Assembly: GCA_965198175.1 (NCBI GenBank)
Contig: OZ240245.1
Span: 576,001-640,000 of the forward strand
Direction: 5' to 3'
Source: Candidatus Poribacteria bacterium
GTDB taxonomy: Bacteria > Poribacteria > WGA-4E > PCPOR2b
DNA length: 64,000 nucleotides
The translations under genes and the position numbers were made by a program. Under the pieces are notes generated by a model. That model had not been told where the DNA came from and did no database searches. It saw only the letters and a program-made list of their open reading frames with translations. Shown here piece by piece: positions 35,704-46,726 of the stretch. The first letter of the stretch is position 1, and every line of letters starts with the position of its first letter.

Positions 35704-36804
35704 TCATAGCTGCCAATTGTTGTTCTTGGCGGCAGCCGCTCGCCACGCAGCGACAATGCCCCGAAGTTGTGCGGTGTATGGATTGTTGCTCAGAGGTGAA
35801 TCCGCGAGGAGATCTATCGCCTTTCGTAATCTCGGTTTTGCATCGCCCCACGCCTGCAAGGTGGATTTGCTCTCTTCACGCTCCGGTTGAGCGGTTGCCT
35901 GCAAGAGTCGATAAACGATGGATAGGTAAAATAGCATGTTGTGGTAATCGACTCGAGTCTCGGTTTCGTCCGCACCCCGCGGCGCCATGTGGCACCTATA
36001 TTCGCCGACAACCTCGCGATTTATGGTGCTGACAAAATTTCCATTCGACCGGTGCGCCCCCAGACTATTGAAGGTTTGAACGAGACGCCTCTCGCCCCAA
36101 TCCCAACCCACGCTCGCAAAATCGATGAAAGTCGGTCTATCCCCGTCAATCACCACGTTCCGCGCGTTGTAATCCAGGTTTCCCAACCTCGCCGCCGCAC
36201 CATGCAGACAATTCGACATATCCTCCCAAATCTCGTCAACTATCGCCTGCTCATCTGGACGCATCGGTTCTCCGTTCAGCCATGCTAGATAATTCATCGT
36301 GCTTCTGCCCCGGTCCAGTATCGCGTCTAGCGTCTGATGTAGGGGGTAACCCAATGGATAGATGTAAGGTTGGATGACCTCCGTACAGTCGGCAAACCCC
36401 AATTCTAGGCGACAGAATTCCTGAACGACGTTGTGCGTGATTGGCTTGAGAGTGTCGGCGGGCGACTCTTGAGCGAGATCGTCAAGCGTTTTTTCGCCGC
36501 ACCCTTCCAACAGCAGCATCGAATCGTCCTCAGACTTCCAAACAATCTGAGGGACGCGGCAGCCCGCCCGATGTAAAATCGGGAGCACCGCAGTCTCAAT
36601 CTGAAATGGGGAAAAAGCAGATTTCCCAATCGGGTGAGCGATGAGATGCTGTTTGAGAATATAGCCCTTCTCCAGCGTGTTCAACCGCCAGACGTTGTTC
36701 CGTTCGTGCGTGCCGTGCCAGATGGGGGTTATCTGAAACCTGTCTGGATTGATGCGGAGATAATCGGCAATCTGTTTGATTATTGCGGAGAATTCAGAGG
36801 ACAA
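35704..36804 (-). CDS. Aminoglycoside phosphotransferase / kinase-like protein
   Basis: 'YILK', 'DYNARNVV', 'FIDF'. Confidence 0.75.
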   Translation of the reverse strand: MSSEFSAIIKQIADYLRINPDRFQITPIWHGTHERNNVWRLNTLEKGYILKQHLIAHPIGKSAFSPFQIETAVLPILHRAGCRVPQIVWKSEDDSMLLLEGCGEKTLDDLAQESPADTLKPITHNVVQEFCRLELGFADCTEVIQPYIYPLGYPLHQTLDAILDRGRSTMNYLAWLNGEPMRPDEQAIVDEIWEDMSNCLHGAAARLGNLDYNARNVVIDGDRPTFIDFASVGWDWGERRLVQTFNSLGAHRSNGNFVSTINREVVGEYRCHMAPRGADETETRVDYHNMLFYLSIVYRLLQATAQPEREESKSTLQAWGDAKPRLRKAIDLLADSPLSNNPYTAQLRGIVAAWRAAAAKNNNWQL

Positions 36805-36843
36805 GGCTAATCTATCGGAGGCAATCTACGAAAGCTCTCCTCA

Positions 36844-36943
36844 GTAGGTTGGGTTGAACGGAAAAAAGCAAATCCCTACAAAAGGAAACCAAAGTGCTGC
36901 TATTCAACGTTAGTGTTGTGTAGATAGAGTTAAACGCAACCTA
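36844..36943. repeat. GTAG-type REP/REPIN-like element (related copies ~38827, ~39558, ~39732)
   Basis: GTAGGTTGGGTTGA...AACGCAACCTAC. Other copies read GTAGGTTGGGT.GAGC...AACCCAAC. Confidence 0.65.
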
Positions 36944-37205
36944 CGTGCTGAACTTGTGGATGCTTACGAAAGTTCTCCCCTTACTAAGGAAATGAGGTGC
37001 GGTGCAAAGCGCCGCAAAGGAGGTTCTTTATACCGATATATTATGGAGTTGAACAGAATCTATTTGGCGGTAAAATCGGCGGTTAATTTTGCTATGTTCA
37101 TTTAGATGAAATTTTTTCTTCCAATTTCTTTCGATTTGTGGTAGAATTCTCGGCTTAGCGAAACCGATAACAACAGATTTCGCTTTTTTCAGAATAGGAG
37201 AACGT

Positions 37206-37682
37206 ATGAAACATAAGATAGAATCGTGGATGATTTGCGCGATGGCGATTTTCTTGCTCTGCGGACTCGTTGTCGCAAGCGTTAAAATCTACCAAGCCGA
37301 TTTAGAGCGCCAAGAAACTTCCCCAGAAGAGATTGATGCGAAAGCACGGTTGCAAGAATACGACACCATCATCCTTCTAGAACCCGACAATGCAGATGTC
37401 TACGTCAGTCGGGGTATCGTGAAGGCGACGTTAAAACAATACGACGCTGCCATCGTAGACTACGACACCGCTATCCAACTTAATCCAGATGACGCTTTAG
37501 CGTACCTCCATCGGGGGGTAACGAGGTTTGAGTGGGGCAAACGCACAAGGGATGCGCACCGTAACCTCGCCTCACTTGATGACTACGAAACCGCATTGGC
37601 ACTCGCCGAAAAGGCAGATGATACAGAACTCACCGACCTAATTTCGCAAATTGGGAGTGAGGTCTGGGGCTGGGAGAACTAA
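37206..37682 (+). CDS. Membrane-anchored TPR protein
   Basis: 'YDAAIVDYDTAIQLNPDDALAYLHRG'. Confidence 0.8.
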   Translation: MKHKIESWMICAMAIFLLCGLVVASVKIYQADLERQETSPEEIDAKARLQEYDTIILLEPDNADVYVSRGIVKATLKQYDAAIVDYDTAIQLNPDDALAYLHRGVTRFEWGKRTRDAHRNLASLDDYETALALAEKADDTELTDLISQIGSEVWGWEN

Positions 37683-37742
37683 TCTCCCCGCTCGTTAAAC
37701 CAGAAACCTATGACAGCCCCCACCTTCGCGTGTAATAGCACA

Positions 37743-38321
37743 TCACTGTGACTCTACCAACGCAATTCCCCCGCAACCAATCCGTGCACCCGCAGCCCCC
37801 GACGGTTGTGACGTAAAATCGTCCGCGCCAGCATGGACGATAACGCCTTTCCCGACAATATCACGGATGGAACCGGTGCCCATTTCCCATTGGTCTGTCG
37901 TTAGTTCAATTTTGGCGGTGCCATCTTCACCGACCGTCATATTGCCGATGTCTCCGAGGTGAAATTCACCTTCTCCCCATTTTCCGTGCGGTACGTCTGT
38001 GGGATTCCAATGCCCGCCTGCCGACTTCCCGTCGGGCGAACTACAATCGCCGCTCTCGTGGATATGAACAGCGTGAACCCCCGGCGCCGCGTGCTGAATC
38101 TCAACGGTGAGGGTGATTGTATCGCCGCTCTGTTTGAAAACCGCAGTACCAGTCACCTCACTTCCGCTCGCCGAACCAATCGTGGCGGTCGCCTGTTTTG
38201 ACGGCGTCGAAGAGGTCCCTTTCTTCTGTTTTGCATCGCAACTCACCAAAACAATCGAAACCCCAACCAGCAGAGATACAGTTGAGGCGATCCTTCCAAA
38301 AGCTACGAAACGCTTTTTCAT
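37743..38321 (-). CDS. sodC: Cu/Zn superoxide dismutase (lipoprotein)
   Basis: 'HAVHIHE', 'SAGGHWNP', 'HLGDIGN', 'IVHAGADD', 'GARIGCG'; lipobox 'LVSC'. Confidence 0.92.
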   Translation of the reverse strand: MKKRFVAFGRIASTVSLLVGVSIVLVSCDAKQKKGTSSTPSKQATATIGSASGSEVTGTAVFKQSGDTITLTVEIQHAAPGVHAVHIHESGDCSSPDGKSAGGHWNPTDVPHGKWGEGEFHLGDIGNMTVGEDGTAKIELTTDQWEMGTGSIRDIVGKGVIVHAGADDFTSQPSGAAGARIGCGGIALVESQ

Positions 38322-40031
38322 CCTTAAATCCTCCATGTTATAAATTGAAATGTCGAAGAACATGTTAATTTCTCGTTATTATAGCACAAAGCTGTTGAAT
38401 CTGTCGAAACAAGTGATGCAGGCGTCAAACTACATTCTTTCCCTTGCTAAGGGCTATCAACTGACCGATTAGGGACGGATCAACCCTACCGACATTACTT
38501 GATGTGGTGAATGATGTTGTAGGGCAGAAAATTACAGTTTTTACAGTCTATAAAAAAAGGGGGAAATTCGCGGTAGGTGGAGCGGTGGCTGTCTGAACTG
38601 TGATTTGTATGATTGAGTGATGGACTATGATTAAGGGAGCACACAGGCGTTCGGTGTTGGCAGGGAAGGTGATTGGCTGTTGCTGAAGTAGCAAGAATTA
38701 CTGGATATCGTTACATGATTCAGGTCATTTATGCACTAGCATCTTAAAGAAATGGTATAAGAACTCTATGCAGAACTATCGTGCTCACTATTCGTTAGCT
38801 TGATCGCTCAGTTTATCTCAGCTCTTGTAGGTTGGGTAGAGCGGGTTCGGCAGGGGGTGCCTCATAGCGAGGGGTGGTTTCAGGGGGGAAATGGCTTGGA
38901 AGTTATCTTCGTGCAGCGAAACCCAACGCTTTTCAACCCTCCGCAAGAGTGCTCGGCATGGCAGTTGGTGAAAACGTACCTAAAATCAGTTGTAAAAAGG
39001 GTTGCGAATGCGCGGGTGGAAATCGTAGATTTTAACAATAGGGATATTGCAACTTTAAAGCAATTCAAAAATTTCATAGTTTTCATAGTTTCGCGTAGTT
39101 CTGATTCAGAACTGATTTAGAGAGAAAACAGGCGACAATCCAGTCGTGGTCGGATCTTCGCGCGGTTTTCATCGGACATGACACGGCACCTAACTATGAA
39201 AAATTCAAATTTTACTAAAAAATGAGGTGGAAAAATGGCGGCAGAAAAGTCGAAGACTACACTGAAGGCGGCACTTTGTTGGGGTTCTGGAGAAGTTAGC
39301 CCTTGCACTTAAGGCGCCCGAACAGAAGACCGATGGCAATGGAGCAAATGCCTTGCCTGCGCCGAATGGTAATGACGGGGATAATGCAGACTGAAACGAT
39401 TGCAGCGACGGATAGCGGGATGGAAGCGCACAGAGTGTCTGTACGGTAATTTTATCCTGACTACTTAATATATGTATAGTATATTTGGGTCAAAGGCGTT
39501 AATTGTGCCAGCGAGTGGGGGAAATGGGCGATTCACTATTTGGGAGTTTCAGGTTTTGTAGGTTGGGTTGAGCGGTGTTGGTTTAACACGGGGATAATTA
39601 CGAAAGGGTTTCGTTCGGTTGATTGCGTTCGTGACTTGTTAGGTGTAGCGTAACCCAACGGTCAAGCGACCGAACAGGGAGCGCGATAGTCTTTCATTCC
39701 CCTCCTTACCAAGGAGGGGTTAGGGGAGGTTGTAGGTTGGGTTGAGCCACTGGCAAAACCCAAACAATCAACCCTACTTACACCACTGGATGTCACAAAA
39801 TCTCACACCATGTCACATTTTGTGAGGTGTTGTGTGATGAGAATAACGGTCGTGTGAGATCCGCTGAAATTCGCTGAAATTCGCTTGTGATGCGGGTTCG
39901 GAGGCGTTTCAGTCTTGTGAGATATCAACGAATGTCACAAAACCTCACATATTTTTGGATTTTTGGTCTGAATGAGCGAAATTGAGTGCGTTGGGTTGAA
40001 CGAAACCGACCAAAAACACCGTGCATTACGC

Positions 40032-43000
40032 TTAACTTTCGGACTTCGATTCCACATGAAACTTCAGTTTGTCCGTCACCGTGCGAAGTGCGTCGTTTAT
40101 CTTTTCCAACACCTTCCTTGATGGGGTTTCCCCTTCAGCAGTAACAACGAGCCGAAATTCAAACTCAAGCTCAGGTGCGATTTCGGAAAGGTCGCTAATG
40201 GTATTAGCGAAATCCTGAATTTGAGTTTCAGTGAGGCGCGATTCAGCATGACCTACCCATAATGGGAGCCGTACCGGCATTTGATAAAAGTCGTTGACCG
40301 ACGGACCGTCCGCGATGATTAGTTTGTTTTTTAGTGCTTGCTCGACCGCATAGCGAAAGACACCATCGGAAATGGGAACACCTTTCTTGGATTCGAGCGT
40401 GTCTTTTATCCATCCAAGTGTGACATAACCAGAACTATCGGGTGGATTTTGCATCACCGCAACAATCTCGGCGGCATCTAGAATCATAGGCGCTTCCGAA
40501 ACTTTTAAACCAATCTTGTCAGCATTGTCGGCATCACAGGGCCAAGCGCGACTGCTGTCGGCGATTTCAAAGAGTTTCTTATCCAAACCGTCGTTAACAA
40601 CATCGACAATCAACGTCCACGGAATCGGACCTCCTCGACGTTTGGCGAGTGCAACCATCACCTTACCGACAGACGAAGTGTTCCCATCCCACGCCTCGGA
40701 CAGCGTATGTTGGCTGATTTCCGAACCGCGGATGGGTTCTGGCGGGGCGAGCAACTCCAAATCATCATGAATTTCGGAATCAGGCACCCCTTCCTTATAA
40801 TAAGCGTTGCCCCGGCTGCGTCCCATCAGTAAACCCGCCTCAATTGCCGATTTCACCGCGCCTAACAGAATCGCGTCGGACGCGAGTTTAGGAACGTCGT
40901 CTCGCTCGAAGAATTCCCGAATTCCACCTACCGTTATCGGAATATTATCGCTTTGCCACAGTTCCGGTAATTCCCCAGGACGCAATAATTCGGGTCTAAG
41001 ATTGTGGAGTTCTGCGTGTTCAACCGGAACGATTTCTAAATCTCTTTTTGCGAGATCTTCAGCGGAAGGTGATTGGCGCCAGAATGTGCGCTGAGAGCCG
41101 TCTGATCGAACGTCGCGAAGAACAATTCGTCCTGCTGTAATGCCGCGTTGAAGTGTTTCGTCGAATACCTTCCGTCCCAACAATCTAGGCAGCCGGGGAA
41201 GGCTGGCAAACATGCGATACAGTCCTTGGACAGGCTTTGAGGTTTCATCTGCTCCCCACAGTTCAAAGAAGCTGTCCGGCGTTAGCAGGTCCGGGTCAAG
41301 CGAAGTTGTCAGCAAACGTTCTGCTTCTACCAAAAAGGTTTTTATTCGTTCAAACGGTGATGCTGGTCCCGGTGGTAACAGATGTCCTATAATTTTACCC
41401 GCCTCGTCAATCGCAATCAGAACACTATATGTCAATTTGATGGAATCTGCGATGCCGGCTTCATCATCCCGCTTGCGTTGTAGTAGCAGTGCTTTTTGTG
41501 GTTCGCTCAAGAGGTTTACCTCATCGCCGCTTTCGATTCCCGCCCAACCAAGAATCTTGCGAATTCGCTGGCGCAATCCTGCCAATCGCGCGTTATCAGG
41601 GGCAAGCATGATGATGTTGTTACGGTAAGTCCTATCGAAAAAGGGTTTGAGGGACGGGGGGACATCCGCGCCGGGTACTGCGGGAGACTCGGGACCAACA
41701 ATCACATAGTGGAGATCGGGATTGTCGGAAATATCGGCGGATGAATCGGGCAACACGTGAACGACCACGTCAGAAGTATTCTCACCGAGTCTGGTATTTC
41801 TTATCCGCTGTATCAAATCGTCGTTGATTCGGTCTTCTGTCAGTCGCGCCATTGCCCGAGCGTGCATGCTGGTGAGATTGGGTGTTATCCCTAGACTCCA
41901 AATGCTCTGGTCCTCTTTGAGAAACCAGGAAACCTCCCGCCACTCAGCAAGTCCATCCTCCACCGACATCTTGTCGATATCCGGGTGTGCAAGCAGAGGA
42001 TAGAGGTCTGTCAGATCTGCTTTCTGTCCAAGTGGTTGTGAATGCAGAAAGGTAGAAAGCACCGATGCTTCTATTTCTCGGGATTTGAGCAGGGGGAAAC
42101 CTCTCTGAATCTCGCGGGCTTTTTGAAGTTCGCCGGCGAGAATTGGTGTCCACTGATTGCCCTCTTCGCACGCTTCAATCAGTTCACCCACCGCATCAGA
42201 GAGTTCATCCTCCGTTCCAATTAACGCACTCGGTCCGACAAACGGAGCCGGGTCTTTCCCATCGGACGCCCTCAAGGCGGTTGCAAATGTCCGAAGGACG
42301 CCACGCGTCCGTTGGAATTTAGTCAGTTGCGTCCACTTCTGATAGAAAACATTGAGCAGATCCGGGTGAAATGGATAAGATTCCAAGAGTTGATCGTATG
42401 CGGCCCGATCTTTCTGCGAATCCCGCAGGGGCAGTCTTTGCATCGCTCCAGTAAGGCTGTCTACGATAGCACGACGTGTTGTCTCAGGTGGGATAGATTC
42501 AAATAACCGCCGTCTAAGCAATTCTGAAATGTCTTCCCGCGACACCGGTTCAACCGTTTCTTCGACGCGTCGGAACACACTCTCCACCGCACTTAAAACT
42601 TGGGCACCGGTTGAATCGCCCGACACCACATCGGACGTAATGAGGCTAGCAACAATTGCGGTTCCTTCCGTCCTGCTAACCGCTTGTGTGAGTAGTTGGA
42701 AAAAATCCTGAAGAATTCCCAATCGCCTCGGATCATCGTTAACCGCACTACGCATATATAGGAGGGTTTCATCAATTAGAATAAGTGTGGATAACCCCGC
42801 TGCTTGCGGTGCTTTCAGGAGTTCAACAAGGAGGGGTTCAGCGGGTGTGACATAACCGGCTTCATGCTCAGCGACCTTTGCCAGTCCTTCATCCCCTGCC
42901 AACTGATAAGCCAACGCACCCCACGGTGTATTGACTTGTCGTGGCGTACCTTCAGGACTGAATACCGAAAGTCCCGCTCTCACGTCAAATTTATCGAACG

Positions 43001-43394
43001 GCAGCAGGGCAACTCTCGCTTGTGGCAGTGGATCAATCCCACTGAACCCTATAAACTCCTGCACGGTTCGATGGGTTTTCAATTGATTGTCCTGCTCTGC
43101 CAAATGTAACAACGCAATCAATGCGTGGGTTTTACCGCCGCCGTAAGCGACTTGAACCCGAATGACAGGCTTTCCACCACGTCCCGATAACCGCTGAAAT
43201 ACATCTCGCACCAATGTTTTCAGGTTGTAGGTTGGGTAGGTACGGTCAAAAAATAGATCGGGCAATCGATAAACATTCGGTGCATCACCTGTTCGCACTC
43301 CGTACAGATCCGCCGCAAATTCTGCGAGTGTGAGTGTGCCTTGACGAACATCATCTCTCAATACACAATGTTCATGCCATGCGATGTTGTCCAT
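40032..43394 (-). CDS. DUF499 AAA+ ATPase
   Basis: 'EFAADL', 'FFDRTYPT', Walker A 'YGGGKTH', Walker B 'ILIDE', 'SYPFHP', 'FQRTRGVLR'. Confidence 0.88.
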   Translation of the reverse strand: MDNIAWHEHCVLRDDVRQGTLTLAEFAADLYGVRTGDAPNVYRLPDLFFDRTYPTYNLKTLVRDVFQRLSGRGGKPVIRVQVAYGGGKTHALIALLHLAEQDNQLKTHRTVQEFIGFSGIDPLPQARVALLPFDKFDVRAGLSVFSPEGTPRQVNTPWGALAYQLAGDEGLAKVAEHEAGYVTPAEPLLVELLKAPQAAGLSTLILIDETLLYMRSAVNDDPRRLGILQDFFQLLTQAVSRTEGTAIVASLITSDVVSGDSTGAQVLSAVESVFRRVEETVEPVSREDISELLRRRLFESIPPETTRRAIVDSLTGAMQRLPLRDSQKDRAAYDQLLESYPFHPDLLNVFYQKWTQLTKFQRTRGVLRTFATALRASDGKDPAPFVGPSALIGTEDELSDAVGELIEACEEGNQWTPILAGELQKAREIQRGFPLLKSREIEASVLSTFLHSQPLGQKADLTDLYPLLAHPDIDKMSVEDGLAEWREVSWFLKEDQSIWSLGITPNLTSMHARAMARLTEDRINDDLIQRIRNTRLGENTSDVVVHVLPDSSADISDNPDLHYVIVGPESPAVPGADVPPSLKPFFDRTYRNNIIMLAPDNARLAGLRQRIRKILGWAGIESGDEVNLLSEPQKALLLQRKRDDEAGIADSIKLTYSVLIAIDEAGKIIGHLLPPGPASPFERIKTFLVEAERLLTTSLDPDLLTPDSFFELWGADETSKPVQGLYRMFASLPRLPRLLGRKVFDETLQRGITAGRIVLRDVRSDGSQRTFWRQSPSAEDLAKRDLEIVPVEHAELHNLRPELLRPGELPELWQSDNIPITVGGIREFFERDDVPKLASDAILLGAVKSAIEAGLLMGRSRGNAYYKEGVPDSEIHDDLELLAPPEPIRGSEISQHTLSEAWDGNTSSVGKVMVALAKRRGGPIPWTLIVDVVNDGLDKKLFEIADSSRAWPCDADNADKIGLKVSEAPMILDAAEIVAVMQNPPDSSGYVTLGWIKDTLESKKGVPISDGVFRYAVEQALKNKLIIADGPSVNDFYQMPVRLPLWVGHAESRLTETQIQDFANTISDLSEIAPELEFEFRLVVTAEGETPSRKVLEKINDALRTVTDKLKFHVESKSES

Positions 43395-43503
43395 GGACTA
43401 TCTCCTCTTCCAAGTCTGTAAGTGACAAGGGCAACCACAAGAGTTGCCCCTACAGAGAATAAACCCAATGTAAGGGTAGGTCTTGTACCTACCCTTCTAG
43501 CTT

Positions 43504-43791
43504 TCATAGGTTTATCATTTCATTTAAGATGGCGGTGCGAAGTTCTGCCCGGAGTGTACGGCGGGACACCAAATCAACCTTACACCCCAACTTCTCCTCC
43601 AAAAATTGTTGGAGACCGACAAGATCAAACACGTTGGCGCCCTCATCGAAATCCACCAAGAGATCAAGATCGCTGTCGGCGTGGAAATCGCCGCGTGCAT
43701 ACGAACCAAAGATGCCTTTTATTTCAGCTCTGTATCTCCGACGAATTTCATCCGTCTCTGCTGCAATTGTGCTTTGTATCTCTGCAATCAT
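43504..43791 (-). CDS. Minimal nucleotidyltransferase (MNT)
   Basis: 'IFGSYARGD...SDLDLLVDF', 'KVDLVS'. Overlaps the MTase stop (ATGA). Confidence 0.88.
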   Translation of the reverse strand: MIAEIQSTIAAETDEIRRRYRAEIKGIFGSYARGDFHADSDLDLLVDFDEGANVFDLVGLQQFLEEKLGCKVDLVSRRTLRAELRTAILNEMINL

Positions 43792-46682
43792 GGGGTAATC
43801 TCTCGAATGGTGAGTTGACCTTCGGTGTCCTCTGCCGATAGATTTGGGGTGTAATTGATGATTGTCTCCAAAAGCGATCTCTCATCGGAATTCTGTGGAC
43901 TCATTTCGACGAGGGCTTGAACGACAGACTTAAAGAGGTCATTATCTCGTAAACCTTGCTCGGTGAGATAACTGCTAATCAGCGCTTTGTCGCCAGCCTT
44001 CCAGAGATTCATAATTTTATGGAGCATGTCAATCACCGGCAATGCTCCAGAGGGGTGAGTCTGTCCCACTCGATCGGAACGCCGATCGGTATGTTCCAAC
44101 AGGCGGAGTGCACTGCCCGATGAGGCTTTTTTCAAAATGCCGATTCCGGGTGCCGTCAAATCGCCAAGTGACAGTCCATACCCCTGCGCCAGTAGAATGC
44201 ACTCTCCCACCGGTGCGTCCCCCGTACCGAAGTGATTCATGTGCATTAGATAGTAGCGTGTCCATTCGTCCAAAGCTTCCGTGCTCGCGCCGCGCAAAAT
44301 CTGCCCCAATGCAAAGTCCGTCACAATTCGCCGTACCTCTGTGAGAAACTCTGCTACCGTAAACGCTCCACCGTCCATGCGTCGCACCTCCTTGTAGCTG
44401 GAATAGCTTTCCAACGCAGGGCCAATCGCCGCCCAAACGAAGTCAGGACCTTGAATTCCGGCATCCCAGAAATACCGCAGGCGTTCGGTAATGCGTTCCT
44501 GCATTTTTTCTTTGACTTTGCTGTAATGCCCCACTCTGGCGTTTGCTGGGCGTTTGCGACAGATTAACCAGAGTGATGTGGCAAGCGCCGCAGAATTTAC
44601 TGCGCGAACCCGGTTTGTTTTTTCTGTATCAATTGGCCATGATGCGGTTACAGTAAAGCCCGCCCCAATGATTGCTTCCAGCAGCGTTTCCCATGCCGCC
44701 GGTTCTTTGTGAGCAAAAACGATAACGAAAAGCGCATCATCTGACAGGGCGTGATGTGCCCGCTCAAACGCCTTTTTCATACCCTGTGTGTAATATGTCC
44801 TCGCCTCCTCCTTAGACCCGCCGAACCGGGAAGTATTCTGAATTAATTCTCCCTTCTTTGGTACAACTGAATCTGGAGTTTGAGCATCAAGAGTTTCTGG
44901 GATAAATCCATTTCTTTTGTTCCAGACAAAGAAGAAATCAGAAGTATCTGCATAAGGAATGGCATCGTAGTATGGTGGATCTGTTACAATTAGCTCCAAA
45001 TTATGCGGAAGCCGAACTTCAAGAACATCCGCACAGTTTATATCGGGCAAAGGATCGCCGAAGTGAGGCCAATGAAATAAGCGCGACAATACGCGGCTTT
45101 GCATGGTTCTATGGCTTTGATAGGAACTGACTGCTTCCCCAATGACATTTGCCTCAACATAATCCCAAACGATTGGTATTCTAGCAGCGTCAAACAAATG
45201 GTTAATTGCTTCATCATTATCCTGCCATCTTGCACAGGTACAGTTATAATCTGCGACTTTGTTGATTAGAAGTGCGAGGTATGCCGATACGGCTTCGATC
45301 CACTCTGAAGGATAATTAGATTCCTCCATCTCTACCCTAGCTGCTCGCGTCCACTTTACAAATGTCATCAACGCCAACAATTGCCGGGGCGTAAGCAAAT
45401 CTGACCATTTCTTAAAACCGTAGAGTGGTACACTGAATCCGAGTGTTTTGGGGCCGGGCATTGGTTCATCAGGCATCCCGAGCGGAATTTCATCGGCAAT
45501 TGCCTCCAACGTTTCTTTTGAGATCTCTGCTCCGTCGATCTCCGCTTGAGTGGGTGGGCGATACTCCTTCCCATATTCCTCTTGATAAACAACTGCTGTC
45601 ATCTGTGACTTGAGTTTATTCTCATGTCCGCACCGCTTGATGTAGTCATCCGGTTGTTGCGAGCCGCAAAACGGACAGGTCGCTGTCGCGTTGGACATTG
45701 TGGGATTCCCAACATCGTCGGCGTCTTTCGGGGTGACAATCTCGAAGCAAATACGCTTCGTCTGAAAATCGGGTTTGAGTTGAAGCGCACGCTTTCCGTT
45801 AATCACGGCTTTAGTCCGATTTTTTGTTTTTTTGAATCGGAGAAAGTCAGGTCGCTTTCGATTTTCGGGGGTGTCCGGAAGGGTTTTCTCCGCCTTCCTA
45901 CAGATCCAAAGTGTCTTGAGCAATGGAACCGTCCCGCTACACTTTGGATCTTGGCACGGAATCGTTCGAGCCCAGAGGTAGGCGACCGTTGGTTTTTCAT
46001 CAATCACTGGGTAATAAGGTGCAAGGTTCTTACGGGCGTTCTCCAAAACCCACTGCCCCCACAAGCGAACATGGTCAGCAAGGTCCCCATTTTTCAAGTC
46101 GGGGTGCCGATCAAGATTGAGGTCGGGAAGCCTATAGGTTTTTCCGGCAAGCCACTGCGGGTATTCTAGGGTGCATTTAAGAATAAACCACGCCACCGGA
46201 TTGTAGTCATTTGCTATCACGTCGCATCCGAGACGCATTGCCTCAAGCGGAATCGCGCCACCTCCCGCAAACATATCCATCACCTTCGGGGGGCGTTCAT
46301 TGTATGCCATCCAGATGAGTTCTCTGGCGATTCGTAGTTTGTTGAGCCAGCGCCCTTTCTGATCCTTATCGTCCCAATCAGCCTGCCCATTTTCATCGCC
46401 CCACCGTGTCAATGAAGAAATCAGCTTACAAAGATAATCACGCTGTTTGTCAGGCAACGGCGACCCGGAAAGCCGTGTGTATTCTGTCTTCATTGGTTCA
46501 TAGGCATCAACGGGATCGGGGAGGAGTGTCGCTAGAGTTACCGCTCTACAAACAGCCAAGGGACGTCTCGCAGGCCAATAATGCAAGCTATTCGGTTTTC
46601 CCTGACTAACCCTCTGTTCATGCTTTGAGTCCGCAGAAACCTTTTTCAGCGGAAAGGCTTCCTCGATGAGTCTACGTGGCAT
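43788..46682 (-). CDS. DUF1156 amino-DNA methyltransferase
   Basis: 'LHYWPARRPL', 'DMFAGGGAIPLEA', 'TDPPYYD', Zn fingers CQDPKC / CPFC. Confidence 0.9.
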   Translation of the reverse strand: MPRRLIEEAFPLKKVSADSKHEQRVSQGKPNSLHYWPARRPLAVCRAVTLATLLPDPVDAYEPMKTEYTRLSGSPLPDKQRDYLCKLISSLTRWGDENGQADWDDKDQKGRWLNKLRIARELIWMAYNERPPKVMDMFAGGGAIPLEAMRLGCDVIANDYNPVAWFILKCTLEYPQWLAGKTYRLPDLNLDRHPDLKNGDLADHVRLWGQWVLENARKNLAPYYPVIDEKPTVAYLWARTIPCQDPKCSGTVPLLKTLWICRKAEKTLPDTPENRKRPDFLRFKKTKNRTKAVINGKRALQLKPDFQTKRICFEIVTPKDADDVGNPTMSNATATCPFCGSQQPDDYIKRCGHENKLKSQMTAVVYQEEYGKEYRPPTQAEIDGAEISKETLEAIADEIPLGMPDEPMPGPKTLGFSVPLYGFKKWSDLLTPRQLLALMTFVKWTRAARVEMEESNYPSEWIEAVSAYLALLINKVADYNCTCARWQDNDEAINHLFDAARIPIVWDYVEANVIGEAVSSYQSHRTMQSRVLSRLFHWPHFGDPLPDINCADVLEVRLPHNLELIVTDPPYYDAIPYADTSDFFFVWNKRNGFIPETLDAQTPDSVVPKKGELIQNTSRFGGSKEEARTYYTQGMKKAFERAHHALSDDALFVIVFAHKEPAAWETLLEAIIGAGFTVTASWPIDTEKTNRVRAVNSAALATSLWLICRKRPANARVGHYSKVKEKMQERITERLRYFWDAGIQGPDFVWAAIGPALESYSSYKEVRRMDGGAFTVAEFLTEVRRIVTDFALGQILRGASTEALDEWTRYYLMHMNHFGTGDAPVGECILLAQGYGLSLGDLTAPGIGILKKASSGSALRLLEHTDRRSDRVGQTHPSGALPVIDMLHKIMNLWKAGDKALISSYLTEQGLRDNDLFKSVVQALVEMSPQNSDERSLLETIINYTPNLSAEDTEGQLTIREITP

Positions 46683-46726
46683 AGTGGGATTCCTTGTCAG
46701 TCTGAATATGAACCGCTACTCGGACT

